Source of the DNA: Mobula hypostoma
Taxonomy: Eukaryota
NCBI RefSeq assembly: GCF_963921235.1
Contig: NC_086109.1
Span: forward strand, 14,882,001-14,946,000
Reading direction: 5' to 3'
Length of the DNA stretch: 64,000 nucleotides
The stretch's first letter is position 1. Each line of letters starts with the position of its first letter. This document shows positions 38,550 through 51,699 of this stretch, one piece after another. The notes below the pieces were generated by a model. It saw nothing but the letters and a program-made list of their open reading frames with translations. It had not been told where the DNA came from and made no database searches. Position numbers and translations under genes: made by a program.

Positions 38550-39355
38550 AACATAGAATAGTACAGCACAGTACAGGCCCTTCAGCTGACAATATTGTGC
38601 CGACCCTCAAACCCTGCCTCCCATATAAGCCCCCACCTTAAATTCCTCCATATACCTGTCTAGTAGTCTCTTAAACTTCACTAGTGTATCTGCCTCCACC
38701 ACTGACTCAGGCAGTGCATTCCACGCACAAACCACTCTCTGAGTAAAAAACCTTCCTCTAATATCCCCCTTGAACTTCCCACCCCTTACCTTAAAGCCAT
38801 GTCCTCTTGTATTGAGCAGTGGTGCCCTGGGGAAGAGGCGCTGGCTATCCACTCTATCTATTTCTCTTATTATCTTGTACACCTCTATCATGTCTCCTCT
38901 CATCCTCCTTCTCTCCAAAGAGTAAAGCCCTAGCTCCCTTAATCTCTGATCATAATGCATACTCTCTAAACCAGGCAGCATCCTGATAAATCTCCTCTGT
39001 ACCCTTTCCAATGCTTCCACATCCTTCCCATAGTGAGGCGACCAGAACTGGACACAGTACTCCAAGTGTGGCCTAACCAGTTTTATAGAGCTGCATCATT
39101 ACATCACGACTCTTAAACTCTATCCCTCGACTTATGAAAGCTAACACCCCATAAGCTTTCTTAACTACCCTATCCACCTGTGAGGCAACTTTCAGGGATC
39201 TGTGGACATGTACCCCGAGATCCCTCTGCTCCTCCACACTACCAAGTATCCTGCCATTTACTTTGTACTCTGCCTTGGAGTTTGTCCTTCCAAAGTGTAC
39301 CACCTCACACTTCTCCGGGTTGAACTCCATCTGCCACTTCTCAGCCCACTTCTGC
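38550..39355 (-). mobile_element. Young 5'-truncated CR1 with near-intact ORF2 C-terminus and one frameshift at about 39075
   Basis: ORFs 39073-39330 and 38607-39065 (MEFNPEKCEVVHFG..., EYCVQFWSPHY...RGHGFKV...FFTQRVV) plus 3' UTR; inserted in the tail of an opposite-strand CR1. Confidence 0.93.
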
Positions 39356-40046
39356 TTATGGTCTTAATAAATGCTAAGCACTACTTAAAACTAGTAAAGG
39401 TACCTTACCAGTAACTATATAACTGCAAAGACACAAGCAATAAATGTTATGCCCTGCCAGTAATGCCGACACCAGACTTTGTCCTGCATCTGATTTTTGT
39501 TATCTGCATTTGATGATGTTGATGAGGGGGTGCAGAGGTCAATAACATTTTGAGTGTTGTTACAACCAACCAATAAAAATCATCAGAACTGTTTTTCCAA
39601 ATACAAATAAAGTTGGCTGAAATTCTGAATATCTCTAAATTTCTACAAAGAAACTGGGCCCCTTTATCTCTTTTGTATCTTGACTAATGCTTTGCTCCAT
39701 TTTTGTGAAAACCTCTTGTAACCATTCAAGCGGAGCTGTATGCACCACAGCTGTCCTTGGACTGTGTACTGACATGCGGTCTGCATGTCTAATTTTCAAA
39801 CAAGGAATGCTTCTCGTCTGCCAGGGGAAAAGGGGGGGGGGGTGGGAAACATGTATTTAATTCATCCAGCTCCACAGCGCCCTGCTCTTCAGGGCTTTCA
39901 ACTAGGAGCCCAAACATTTGGGGATCAAAGACAAACAAACTTACTTATTTATGGTTGTTTAGCAAATGAGCGCTGAGGAAGCCCTTTCCGTCCTTCGAGC
40001 CATGCCGCCTGAGCAATCCCTGACAAACTTGATTAATCCTAACCTA

Positions 40047-40267
40047 AAAATTGCTGGTGAAAACAGCAGGCCAGGCAGCATCTATAGGAAGAGGTACAGC
40101 TGATGTTTCGGGCCGAGACCCTTCGTCAGGACCCCTGACAAAGGGTCTCGGCCCGAAACGTCGACTGTACCTCTTCCTATAGATACTGCCTGGCCTGCTA
40201 CGTTCACCAGCAATTTTTATGTGTGTTGCTTGAAATTCCAGCATCTGCAGATTTCCTCACGTTTGTG
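40047..40267. mobile_element. Palindromic Penelope-like short insert carrying two inverted hammerhead motifs
   Basis: About 86-bp arms at 40045-40130 and 40134-40219; 14-bp TSD ttaatcctaaccta at 40033-40046 and 40268-40281; sits inside a SINE. Confidence 0.88.
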
Positions 40268-41732
40268 TTAATCCTAACCTAGTCACTGGATAATTTACAA
40301 CAACCAGTTAACCTAACCAGTGTGTCTTTGGACTGTGGGAAGAAACGGAGCACTGGGAGAAAACACACACATTCCACAGGGAAGTCGTACAGAGAACCTT
40401 TACAGAACAGCACTGGAAATTTACTCGGAACTCCAGAATGCCCCGGGGTGTAATAGCGTGGCGCTAACCGCTACGCTGCAGTGGCGCCCAACTTCTCCGT
40501 AGAAACTCAGTTTAACTATTTTAACTGCATTAAGTTTAACTACAATGTTACACATTTGAAGGAGACGGAGGTAGGATCTTCATGTGAGTGCTACAACTGA
40601 TCACAGAGTCATTTGAGAGGAATTGGTTCCTGCTTCTGACTGCAAATGACTGCGTGCATGACCATAAGATCATAAGACACAGGAGCAGAATTAGGCCATT
40701 TGGCCCATCAAGTCTGCTCCACCATTTCATCACGGCTGATTTATTATCCCTCTCAACCCTATTCTCCTGCCTTCTCTCTGTAACATTTCACACGCTTTAC
40801 TAATTAAGTATGGGCAGCACCGAGACTCATTTCCTAAAACTCTGCTTTCATCTCCCAAAGGTTTTGAACAATTATAAGGTTTGTTAGTTTCTGTGTTAAA
40901 GATTCTGGAATCAAATGCTGTGTTAAATACAGCAAATGCATGCAAGCTGTGATGCTCTTCGGAGTGAAATAGCACAGTGATACTGCTTCCAAGTAGGTCA
41001 GTGCGGGCATTCTCCAGGTTTGCAAGAGTTCTGTTCCTGAGGACTGTCCATAAGCCAATTTCTCTGCAAGTCAGAAACAGAGAAAGCCAATTTCTCTGCA
41101 AGTTCAATCACTGTCCATATTTACATGATGTTATAACGCGTTTCATTTCACCTCAACAGTACTCGTAAGTAAATTAATGGAATATACATTCTAACCCCTG
41201 ACACTAATGAACAGATGGGTGAATATGTAAGGCAGGTCATTTATTACTCAGGGAGCCCCTGTACTTTCACGAGAGGATGGAGAAGATTAAGATAAGTTGA
41301 GCTTTATTTCTCACAGGCAAGTCAAAACGTAGAAGGAAGTGTGTCACTCGCGTCAGTTCAAATCAGCGAGGATTGTGCTGGGGCAGCCCATGCTTCCGGC
41401 ACCAGCAAAGCATGCCCACAACTCACTAACCCTAATCCACATGGCTTTGGAATGTGGGAGGAAACCAAAGCATTTGGAGGAAACACACCTCGTGATGGGT
41501 GGGTGGGGGGGTGGGAATGATCTCACACACACACACACCTTACAGACGATGGCAGAAATAAAACTGATTGGTGATTGCTGACACTAAAAAGTGATTGTGC
41601 TGACCGCTATGCTACACGTCTCTGGGAGGTGTTGTTGATTATTATTTTGCAGTTTTCAAGGCAGTGCAGTGCAATTCATTAGGATGTACAACAAAACACA
41701 AACACGAAGTAATTGCAATATACACTTCTATA

Positions 41733-42319
41733 TGTAACGCGCTGTAAGGGTTCACCGCTAATGTAACGGCCTCTCTGTAACGTGTCACTGCTAACGTAAT
41801 GGTTTCTTTGCAGCAGCAACATTTGGGTTATGACGTGAAATAATGGGGGCTTTGGAATGTATGCTAGCCAATGAGAGGGATGTTCTCTCTTGTTGGTCTG
41901 GGAACATGGATTTTGCTGTCTTTTGTCGGCGAGCGGTGAAGAGAGAAGACACGAGTGGGAAGAGTTGGTAGACTGCCAGATGGAGTGGACTAGGAGTGAG
42001 GGTCTGAGGGCCAGCAACACTCGGAGGAGGTCGATGGGGAATGACTGGCTGAATTTGAGATCTCCAACGTGCATATTAGACTGTTTCATTAAAATGGGCC
42101 CTTTTTCTTCTTATTTTCTTCACTAACCCTATAGTCAGATTAAGATTTATAAAGTTCAATTGTTTAATTGCATATGGAGTACTGTCTGATATTTTTTGCG
42201 GTTCGGATTTGTAACCAGGCAACACATCACACAGCATCCACACAAATGAGATTTCTCAGTTTGGCTGGGCCAGAGGATGTCTTCCCTTAGACACATGCTG
42301 GCCAAACCTAAGGGTTACA
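41733..42319 (+). mobile_element. Probable solo LTR, 587 bp
   Basis: TGTAAC...GTTACA termini; 4-bp flanks tata/tatg; internal CCAAT and ATTAAA. Confidence 0.65.
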
Positions 42320-43780
42320 TATGTTAAAACTATTATGCCCTCATGCTTACTTTCTGCTTGAGAATTCATATTTTGAGACATTTTTGCTTAATTTTATTCA
42401 GTACAACAACATTTGGAATGGAAATTGTTCACCTAAAACTAGTCACAATGTAATTACATCCTACTCTGATGACATTATATTATCCTAGCCTCTCAATTAC
42501 CCAGCTTCTCAAGGCTGTTAAGAAAATGTTTGCCATTCTTCCCCTTCCTTCATCTGAAGCCCATGTAGCTCTGCAGGAGATTGTTTAGTTAACTGCTAAT
42601 GTTTGCTACGTCACATCCAAATATGCTAAGACAGCTGGAGGCTTCTCTCAATGCAAACATTTTGATTCTGATTGTACATATCAGATCATAAAAGCCAATC
42701 TGAGAAACACCATAACTAAATACTGTTAAGGGTGATGGGGTGGAGATAGGTCTCTACTAACAGAGTACAACGCGCTCCTTTCCTCCGTTAGTCTCCAAAT
42801 CCCCCTTGGGCAAGGTAAAGCACCTGCTTAACACCTCGATCAGGGTCATATAAAGCCATGGGAGCAGGTGGTGGATGGTCATATGAGCAACTGGCGTATT
42901 TATGCAACCAATAATGCCAGGTAGACAACCTCAGAAGAGTATTAATAATGGCTGTGGTCACCCATCTTGTAAAGACACTGCCCAGAAGGTAGCAATGACA
43001 AATCACTTTTGTAGAAAATATTTGCCAAGAACAATCATGGTCATGGATAAGACCGTGATCATCCACGTCATATAACGAACAGACAAAATACTGCTGTTGT
43101 ACGAAAGTAGCAGCTTAAAAAACACAAAATAAAAACAGCTACAAAAAGTGGCAAGAGTGAGCAGCATTGAATTCTGGCCAAATCACTTGTTATCAATAGT
43201 TTGAACTCCTTTGAGATTAGTCAGTGAGCCTGCAGTCAATACACCCCAAGGGTTAGTTACTCAGTGTGACAGCCACAATGTATCAGTCAAAACTCCTGAT
43301 GCACAAAGAGATGACATCATGTATACTGCCAATAGGTGTGACTGACAGTTCAGCAGATGGCAGCCTGCAACCTTATAGCTAACAACCAACATAAGTGATC
43401 TGTGACTTATAATCAGAACCATTGGTTAGAATCACTGCAGGGCTGGCTGTCCCACCACTGGCCTGAACTGCTGTTGGCTCGGTTTCACAGACACTTGGCC
43501 GTCTTACAAGTCAGTGCTCCTACTACATTGTGGCTGTGAAATATTAATACAGCTCTTCATGAGTGCATGAGTAGGCAGTACAGCAAGAACCAGCAACGTT
43601 CAAGGATCAATCAATCTGCTTGGATGCCACTTTGGCTTTTATTGTAAGCAATAAAGAAAGCAAATGAGCACCAAGACAAAGCGTGAGTATGCACATGGGA
43701 AGAGGCATTAGTTTGTGACTTATCCTCCTCTGGATGGCCTGACAAAGCAGCCGGACTCCTACTCAAAATAAAGTACTTAC

Positions 43781-43948
43781 TGCCTGAAGTTGAAGAGTGG
43801 CATCGTCACCCAGCCCATAGTTTCAGGGGTGCGCCGCTGCTTGCTGGCTTCCGACGAGCTCCCAGGGGGAAGAACAGGAAAGCCATAGAGTGTCAGTGTC
43901 AGGAGGGTCTCTCTTGGCAATTGGTTAATATTGATGGGAAAACAGATC
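43781..43948 (-). CDS. pik3c2b: PIK3C2B exon, 168 bp, C2 domain: ICFPININQLPRETLLTLTLYGFPVLPPGSSSEASKQRRTPETMGWVTMPLFNFR
   Basis: ccag acceptor, CA|gtaagt donor; LPRETLL and PLFNFR motifs; phase 2/2. Confidence 0.96.
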
Positions 43949-45059
43949 CTGGAAAAGACAGACGAATACATGAGTAACAGACTGTTCAATTACAGGCCAC
44001 TCCCGGCTAACAAATCCGTTTTCACAGACATTCCCTTCAATTTTATCTGCATCGGAAAATGCACAAAACTCACTCAATATAGTCACCGTAACTCCACAGT
44101 AATGTAATGAATGATATTAATGGTACATAACGCTGACAAGAGGATAATTATTAAAAGTGGGGAGTGAGAGAAAACTAGCTCTGTCATTCATAGGAAAAGA
44201 GGTGTGTACACATGCTAGACTTCTGAATGTAATAATATGTGAGTTCATTTGAACATAGGGTTGTCTACAAGTCAGATGCTTGTAACCCAGGGACTGCCAA
44301 TAGATACCTTCACCAGCTTAGGTGGACTAACGAGATAGAAAGGGTGTGGATGAGTAAACCTGGAATAACATTCAAGTGGAAAGAACTTCAATGGGCTAAT
44401 TCCATTGGAGAAAAAGCCTATGGAGTAATTGTTTTATGTGGAAATAGCAGATAAACATGGGAATAGTCATGATAGGGATTACACCAGCATGTAAAAAAAA
44501 GTTTCCACATGAGCTGAGAGGGTACGGGGTCCAGTCAGATTTCAGTTGAAGATGAAGGTGGTCTTTACAGTGGAAAGGATACAAAGTCACCTTTGGGTCA
44601 AACACAAAACCAAGCTCTCTAGTGATGTGACTCAGCTTCAGACCATTAAAAGAGATGGAAGGAGTGATCAAAGAGTGTTGTCAGTGACGGGAGTCAAAGA
44701 CAATGGACTCTGTATTTCCAGTATTTAGTTGAAAAAATACTTTTGCTTATCTGCTATTGATTGCCAAGCCACCAACAGAAGCTCCAAGAAAGTTGGTGGC
44801 AAGGTTGAGCAGTGGCATGAACATTTTGACCAAATCCCCATAAACTTTCATTTGATGGTACTAGGATCAGCATGTCCTCTTGCCCCTTATTTTCACATCT
44901 GCAAAGATAGATCCTTTGGGAATTCCAGATGGTGCAGAAACAGGAAGACAATCTTTCTCTGCCTATAAATTGTATCCATAATGATGGAAACAGGCATTCA
45001 GCTAGACAAGGGAGGCGATGCATTGGGAAGAAAAAGTCCAGATGGGAAATCTGAACTAT

Positions 45060-45730
45060 ATATAGTGTACATGGAACTATTCAGCAAGTGATGCAGCATC
45101 TATGGAGAGGGAAACAATTAACTTTCCAGGTTGATAAGCCTATAAAAACTGAGAAAAATGAGTTCCACATTGCAATGAAAGAAGTGGTTAAGATAATGTT
45201 AGCTTTTCACACCATCAGTCTCCATAAATTTCCACCATCCTTCAATATGACATCACCAGGCATATCTCATACTCATTCAGCATTCTGATGGGACCACTCT
45301 CGCTATAATTTCTTTGAAACACTCTCCTTCTTGTGCAAGTTCTTCTTCCTTTTCACCATCCAGAAATCTAAACACTCCTTCCAGCTGAAACAGTGACTCA
45401 CTTGTATTTTTTCTGATTTGATGAATGATGTTTGCCACTGGGGAAACCAAAAACCAAATGCAGATGGGGCAACTGCTCTGCATAACACCTCCTCTTAGCC
45501 TACAAAAGCGCTTCCAGACACTGCAGAACCCTATGTCTGGAGCAAAATATTATGTTGGAGAAACATCAGGTCAAGCATAATTTGCCTTGAGGGAGAGTGG
45601 TTTGCAGAAGGAAGCACCAACATTATCTTTTGACTCAGGGTCTTGACTTGAAATGTTGACAATTACTTTTGCCCCCACAGATGCTGCTTGACCTGCTGAG
45701 TTCCTTCTTCAGCTTATTTGTTCCTTGAGT
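45060..45730. mobile_element. Decayed Penelope-like remnants: GIY-YIG region plus inverted terminal pieces; further terminal pieces at about 46300-46390 and 46600-46700
   Basis: Similar to 990-2150 and to the gatgctgcctgacctgctgagtt terminal sequence. Confidence 0.5.
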
Positions 45731-46973
45731 TTCTAGCTGCCTGTTAGTGATTTTTCCATTCCACTCCTACCCCAGTCTCTGTCTTTGTCCTCTACATGGT
45801 TCAAAGTGAATGTCAGTCTATATATAAATCAAAGCATCTCTTTTTTAAACTGGACACATTGGGGCTTAAACAGCATACCCAACAATTTCAGAGAACTAGT
45901 CTTTGTAGAGGGTGGCAGGGTGGAGATATTTCTCTACCAAAGGTACTCCTTCCCTCCTCTAACCTGCAGGTCAGCATTGGGCAAAGTATAGCACCTGCTT
46001 AGCCCCCCGTTCAGGGTCACGTGAAGCAGGTGTGGATGGTCGTATGAGCAGTTGGTGAAAATGACAAGTCCTGGTTATACAATCACTGATGCCAGGCAGA
46101 CAACCTCTGAAGAGTATTGATAATCACTGGTGTCACCTGTCTTGTAAAGACACTGCCCAGAAGAAGGCGATGGCAAACCCCTTCTGTAGAAAGATTTGCC
46201 AAGAATGATCCCATTCATGGATAAGACCATGATTGCCTATGTCATACAACACGGCAATCATGATGGTAATGATGGAGTCTTTATAGCTTAAAATTGTCAG
46301 TGCTGATGAAAAGTATCCGGTCTACAAAGTTAAGTTTCCTCCTCCACAGATACTGCCTGACCTGCTGTGTATTTACAACATACTGTTTTTCTCCTCTTAT
46401 TCCTCTTCATTTTAATTCAAGGTCCTCCTAGTTACACCGGGAGTCAGATCAACACAAATTAGCAAGTCTTTGTCACCTTCACTCAGCATGTACTACTACC
46501 CGATCTCCATTCCAACAAGAACATTCCTTTTGTTCTCTCAGTCCACCCTCAGTTTCTTCGTTTCTTCAGCTTAAAATGTATTTGACTCTCCCATCTCCCC
46601 CCGAAATGTAATAAAAGGTTATCAACCTGAATCACCGACTTCTAAAAAAAATTCTTTCTCCATTGGCGCTGCTCTACGTGCCGAGTATTCCCAGAATTAC
46701 CCTTAGCCACAAACAACAGATTGCACTTAATGCTGTGGATTCGTAAGGAGAATACGGAAGGATGGATTACCATGATTGCATATGCTTTGATGAGAAGCAT
46801 TTCAGCATTCTAAAGGAAATTGGTGAAGGATGTGTGTCAGATATCAATTTCCAAGAACAGAGGAAAGAAGAGACAGGTTGCTTGGTTCAAGTGTTCTACA
46901 TAACCATTAAAACTATAAGTATTATAAAATTATAAGTACACATTTATATGTAGGAAAAGTATAATCTACTTAC

Positions 46974-47096
46974 TTCTGATCCCAGATGAGAAGATGGAAG
47001 AGGTACTTATAGATGTGAGTTTTCTTTGTCTGCAGCTGACTGCAAAGCTCCTTCCCCCCATGGCTGAGTCCACATGACAGAAAAAAATCTTCATAA
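46974..47096 (-). CDS. pik3c2b: PIK3C2B exon, 123 bp, C2 domain: YEDFFLSCGLSHGGKELCSQLQTKKTHIYKYLFHLLIWDQ(K)
   Basis: Not in the ORF track; translated by hand. atag acceptor, AA|gtaagt donor; phase 2/2. Confidence 0.95.
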
Positions 47097-48025
47097 CTAT
47101 AAAAAGAGAGGGAGTTAAAAAGGCACAGTAGTATAGTGGTTAGCACAATGCTTTACAGTACTAGTGACCTGGGTTCAATTTCTGCCACTGTCTGAAAGGT
47201 GTTTGAATGTTCTCCCCGTGACTGCGTGAGTTTCCTCTGGGTGTGCCAGTTTCCTCCCACTGTCCCAAGACATAACAGTTGATAGTTAATTGGTTTCTGT
47301 AGATTGTCCCACGATAAGGCTTGGGTTAAATCAGGGTTCCTGGGCAGCATGGCTAAAAGATCCCCAACAGCCTACTCTGCACTGTATCTCAATAAACAAC
47401 AAATAATCTTCAGCAAAGAAAATCAGGAAAGGTTTCCATTCTGATTCAAAGTTCATCAAACAGCCAAGGTCAACGAATCAGACCAACAACCTTTGCATCT
47501 TACTCTGAAAAGCACATCATCACCTTTGGACTCAACTGTGAGAGAAATTTATTTTGCTCTGTCAAAGGTAGATGCAAATGGCACACTAACACTTTCCACA
47601 GAAATGGTTAAGAAATTTTGAATTCTCTTTCTCAAAAGCCTGATGGAAATTTGCTTTCAAGAACAAAAGGTGTTCTTTTTTTTCCATTTTGGAACAGGTA
47701 TCAGACAAAGAGAGGATAACAGAGCCGAGACGCATATCAGGTAAGATCTAAGTGAATAATGTGGGACTGGATGGCACACTGACATTCACATGTTCTGAGT
47801 TGCAAAAAAACCAAAGCATAATGGATTGCACATCATATGGTTGGTAGTTCAGCAAACTACAACCGGTTTCCATCACTAAATAGTAAGTCATCAGTCCCTC
47901 CATTTGGGACTGCTCCTCTATCAGGTTTTGACACTAATCATTCTTGTGCTAACTGGAAGAACTTTTTCTTCAATAGGATTGAAGAATGAGATGAATAAAC
48001 GTATAGCAGCAATGCAAGGGTTAAA

Positions 48026-48026
<1 letters not shown>

Positions 48027-48061
<35 letters not shown>

Positions 48062-48088
48062 CACACACACACACACATATATATATAT
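48027..48088. repeat. Compound microsatellite (TG)n-(AC)n-(TA)n, self-complementary
   Basis: Directly visible. Confidence 0.95.
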
Positions 48089-51000
48089 CTTTATCAGGGT
48101 TATTTATTTCGCAGAGTGGGACTACTGATAGTGTAAGCATGTGTTTTGGTAGTTATGAAGCAAACCAAGGATTATTCATAATGTTACTAACATCCAAACT
48201 TGTGTTTTTATGTGGATGTTATGAACCAGGAACCATCTTTAATCAAACAACAGTACAGATTTTTTTTGCTCCAACACAACTTTGAAGTAAGGTGATAATG
48301 GAGAGAATCTGTCAGTTCTACTGGGCAATTATGACTCACAAGGTAAATTCATTCTAGCTTTGACTTCTTTTTAAAGATACTGAGCGGGTGTTTTGCCATG
48401 ATGGTAGGCGTGCAGGATGAACAAAAATAATTGTTAACCAACTTTCCAGCATATCAGACCAACATACTGTGGCAATTTTAACATCTGAGTGACTGTCCCA
48501 ATAAAGATGGTCCACAAATTCATATAACTTATTTATATAATGGCATTTATAGGGACTATCCCAAGGAGTTTCAAAGGAACATAATCAAATAAATCTTGAC
48601 ATTTAACATTCTTTTTGCACTCTAAGGCTCCCCAGTCATGCAAAATCATTCAGCACCAACACTGAATCCCAGTTAAAGGAATTCTCGCAATGCGGGCAAT
48701 GCAAAACCTTTGAATGCCAGTTTTAAAGAGTGGTTTGATGAAATAAGAGTAATCCTTGATTTCTAAGGCAGAAAGAGCTATTGAATTCTACATATTTATT
48801 GCAAAATAGTGCAACAAATTGCTTCTGAAATTATACCTTTTTTAAAAAATAGTTGTCAATTCATGTTGAGGAAAAGAAAGTGCAGGAGCAGTTGCTGCCC
48901 CTCCCTTCCTCCTCAAAACCATAGCTCGAGGGTGTGGGAGCCAGCAAGAGGCAGAAGGACATCTGTCCATTCAAGATGCCTGCACAGAAAACACTTCTCA
49001 GCACAGACCAAGCATGTGACAGGTGCCTGGCGACGAGTAGAGGGGCGGATTACATCTGGGGACAAAGGCCAAAGGGCAAACAGAGTTTCCCAGGGTACAT
49101 CATTTATCAGAGCCAATCGTCAATCAGCATATATTAGAGCAACACAATAGTAGAGGTCCCAAGGGGCACTGCAGTTCTATCAGCCTTTTCTATCATTCGG
49201 GGCCTTGGAAAAAGAAAGGGAGGGGGGAGAGAAAACACTGTGGGAAGTTTCCCAAGATTCGAACAAACCCCTTCGGCTACTCCAAAGCAAAGTGGCAGGT
49301 CAACAGGCATTGGTTGATACCTTTACCCTTCAGACTGAGCCATGCTGTCTCCCATTTGTTAAGAGGGGATAAATAAAAAAAACAGCAAGAAGGTCTATTG
49401 TTCACATTGCAGCTCCAGCCACAGGCCAGTGCAGAGGATTAACCCTTTCACCAGCCAATTGTGATTACACAGATGCTCACAGGATCACGTGGACTTCTGC
49501 TTTGGACAGTTCACCTTGTGTCTGTGATTTGATTCTTTTTATTTGACGGTGTCGCTAAGCACCTACTGGGCACCATCTGCTCTCCCAGGATTTCACACCC
49601 AGAATATTATGTGGATGGCATTCGTTAGTGATTGAACTGAATGCCTTTAGTTTGGTGTCTCCCTTTCTCTCTGAAAGGCATTGATCTTGCAGTTTCAAAT
49701 TCCCAGGAGCCATGCTGCAGCGACTGATTTGTGTGATCGCAGGTCTTGTAGGAGAAAGGAGGCTGAACGAACGTGAAATACAGCTTATCCAAACCTGATG
49801 CTTTTTCCTCCCCATCTGATGCAAGATGCAAGCCTCAGCCAAGGAAAACATTCCCCCGCCCCTCAGTAGTACTGCTGGACATTGAACAGGAGATCAGACT
49901 GAATCTCTTTTGCTATTTCACAACTGTCTACTATCTTCGATCTGCTTAAAGCTTAAAATGCCCATCAACTGCAGTTTTGGTGGGGCCATGGGGCGCCACT
50001 GTAGTGTAGCGGTCAGTGCAACGCTTTACATCATCTCAGATCACTGTTTTAGGTTCAAAGGCCTTTGTGCATTCTCCCGCGATGGTGTGGGTGCCCTCTG
50101 AGTTCTCTGGTCTCCTCCCACATTCCAAAGACGTACGGTTAGGTTTAGCGAGTTGTGGGCTTACTACGTTGACGCCGGAAGTGAGCTAACACTTGTGGGC
50201 TGCCCAGCACAATCCTCGCTGATTTAATTTGACACAACAATGCGTTTCACTGTACTTTTCGATGCACGTGTGACAAATAAAGCTAATCTCTTCGCCAGCT
50301 CCCACATCCAGTGCATATTATGCATCGTACAGAATGCCAATGTGTCAAGATCCTCTCCAGAATCACTTCCATAAACTTCTGAGGAGCTTCGTTGTGGGAG
50401 GTACTAACTCTCACATCAGACATCCACGAGACTTCGGGTGGACAAAAAAAAAATCTCCAGACAGTATTTCAAAGAAGAGCTGGGGTGCTGCTTTTCTCAG
50501 TGGTCTGGGCAAGGTTTTCTCTACTTAACGAGCATTTAAATATATTTTGTGATCACTATTATATTGCTTTAATGGGAGCTTGCTGGGCAAGCATCATTTC
50601 CCGCATTTCCTGCACTGACCCTAGTACTTCCTTGCCTGTAAAGTGCTTAGGGAACACTACAAGGTTGTCAAAGCCATAAAGGAAAGCAAGTTTCCTTGCA
50701 TATTTCCTCTTTCTACCACAGTCTTTCAAGTCCTGCTTCAATGTTATACTTCCCTTCAATCGTACTTGAAGGGCTAAGTATAAAATCAATGGCAGCTCTC
50801 CAATGCCGCAGTAAGGGAGCATTGCCACACTGCCGGAGCAGACTTTCACAGAAAAGAGAAGAAAACATTAATTTCAGTCTTGTGTGGAATTGAATCCAAG
50901 GGCGAACACAATTGTAAGCTGACTGTGCAGATCAGCTGGAATGCAATCATTATGTACTTCAGGTGAATCTGTGGGGGAACTTCTGAAAGTAGTGAGAGTG

Positions 51001-51699
51001 TGGATTGATCTGCCAAGAGAGGTGGTAGACTGTAAAATTTAAAAAAGTTTGGATAAGTGCTGGACGTCCTTTTATTCTTAGAATGTGCCCTCTGTAACAT
51101 TCAAAAGCATTTGGATGAGAGGGATATGGAGGACTCTGGTCTGGATGCAGGTAGATGGGACTAGGCAGAACTCCAGGTCGACACAGACTAGATATGCAAA
51201 AGGACCTGGTTCTGTGCTGTGGTGCTCCATGACTCTAAAACACCATCACTTCTCTAGCTTCCCCACCATCACCACCCAACTACTGTTTCAGTATGAGAAT
51301 ATCTTTAAGAGAATGAATTGTACGTGGAAAAAGTGGCTAGGTTATTTCTGTCCACGATTTTTCAGCCTGCAAATGGTTTAACTGACAGCAAAAAGGTTTT
51401 ACTGATGAATTCATTTTTATTATTCACTGCTGCCATGTCAGTTTTCTTAGTAGTACCCTCAACAATTACAGCTTGCTTTTATATAACCTCTAAAAGTGTT
51501 AAAGGTCCCAAAATAGTTCATGGGACAAAAATCTGACAGCCTCCTAAGCTGATATTAGAAAAGATGACCAAATGACTGGTCAAACAGGTAAATCTTAAGC
51601 ACGCTCTTCAGAGAGCACTGTGAAGTAGAAGTGTGGTCAGGAGTAGTAAGGGAACCCTAGCAGCAGAAGCCAAGATAATAGGTGATGAAAATTAATAAC

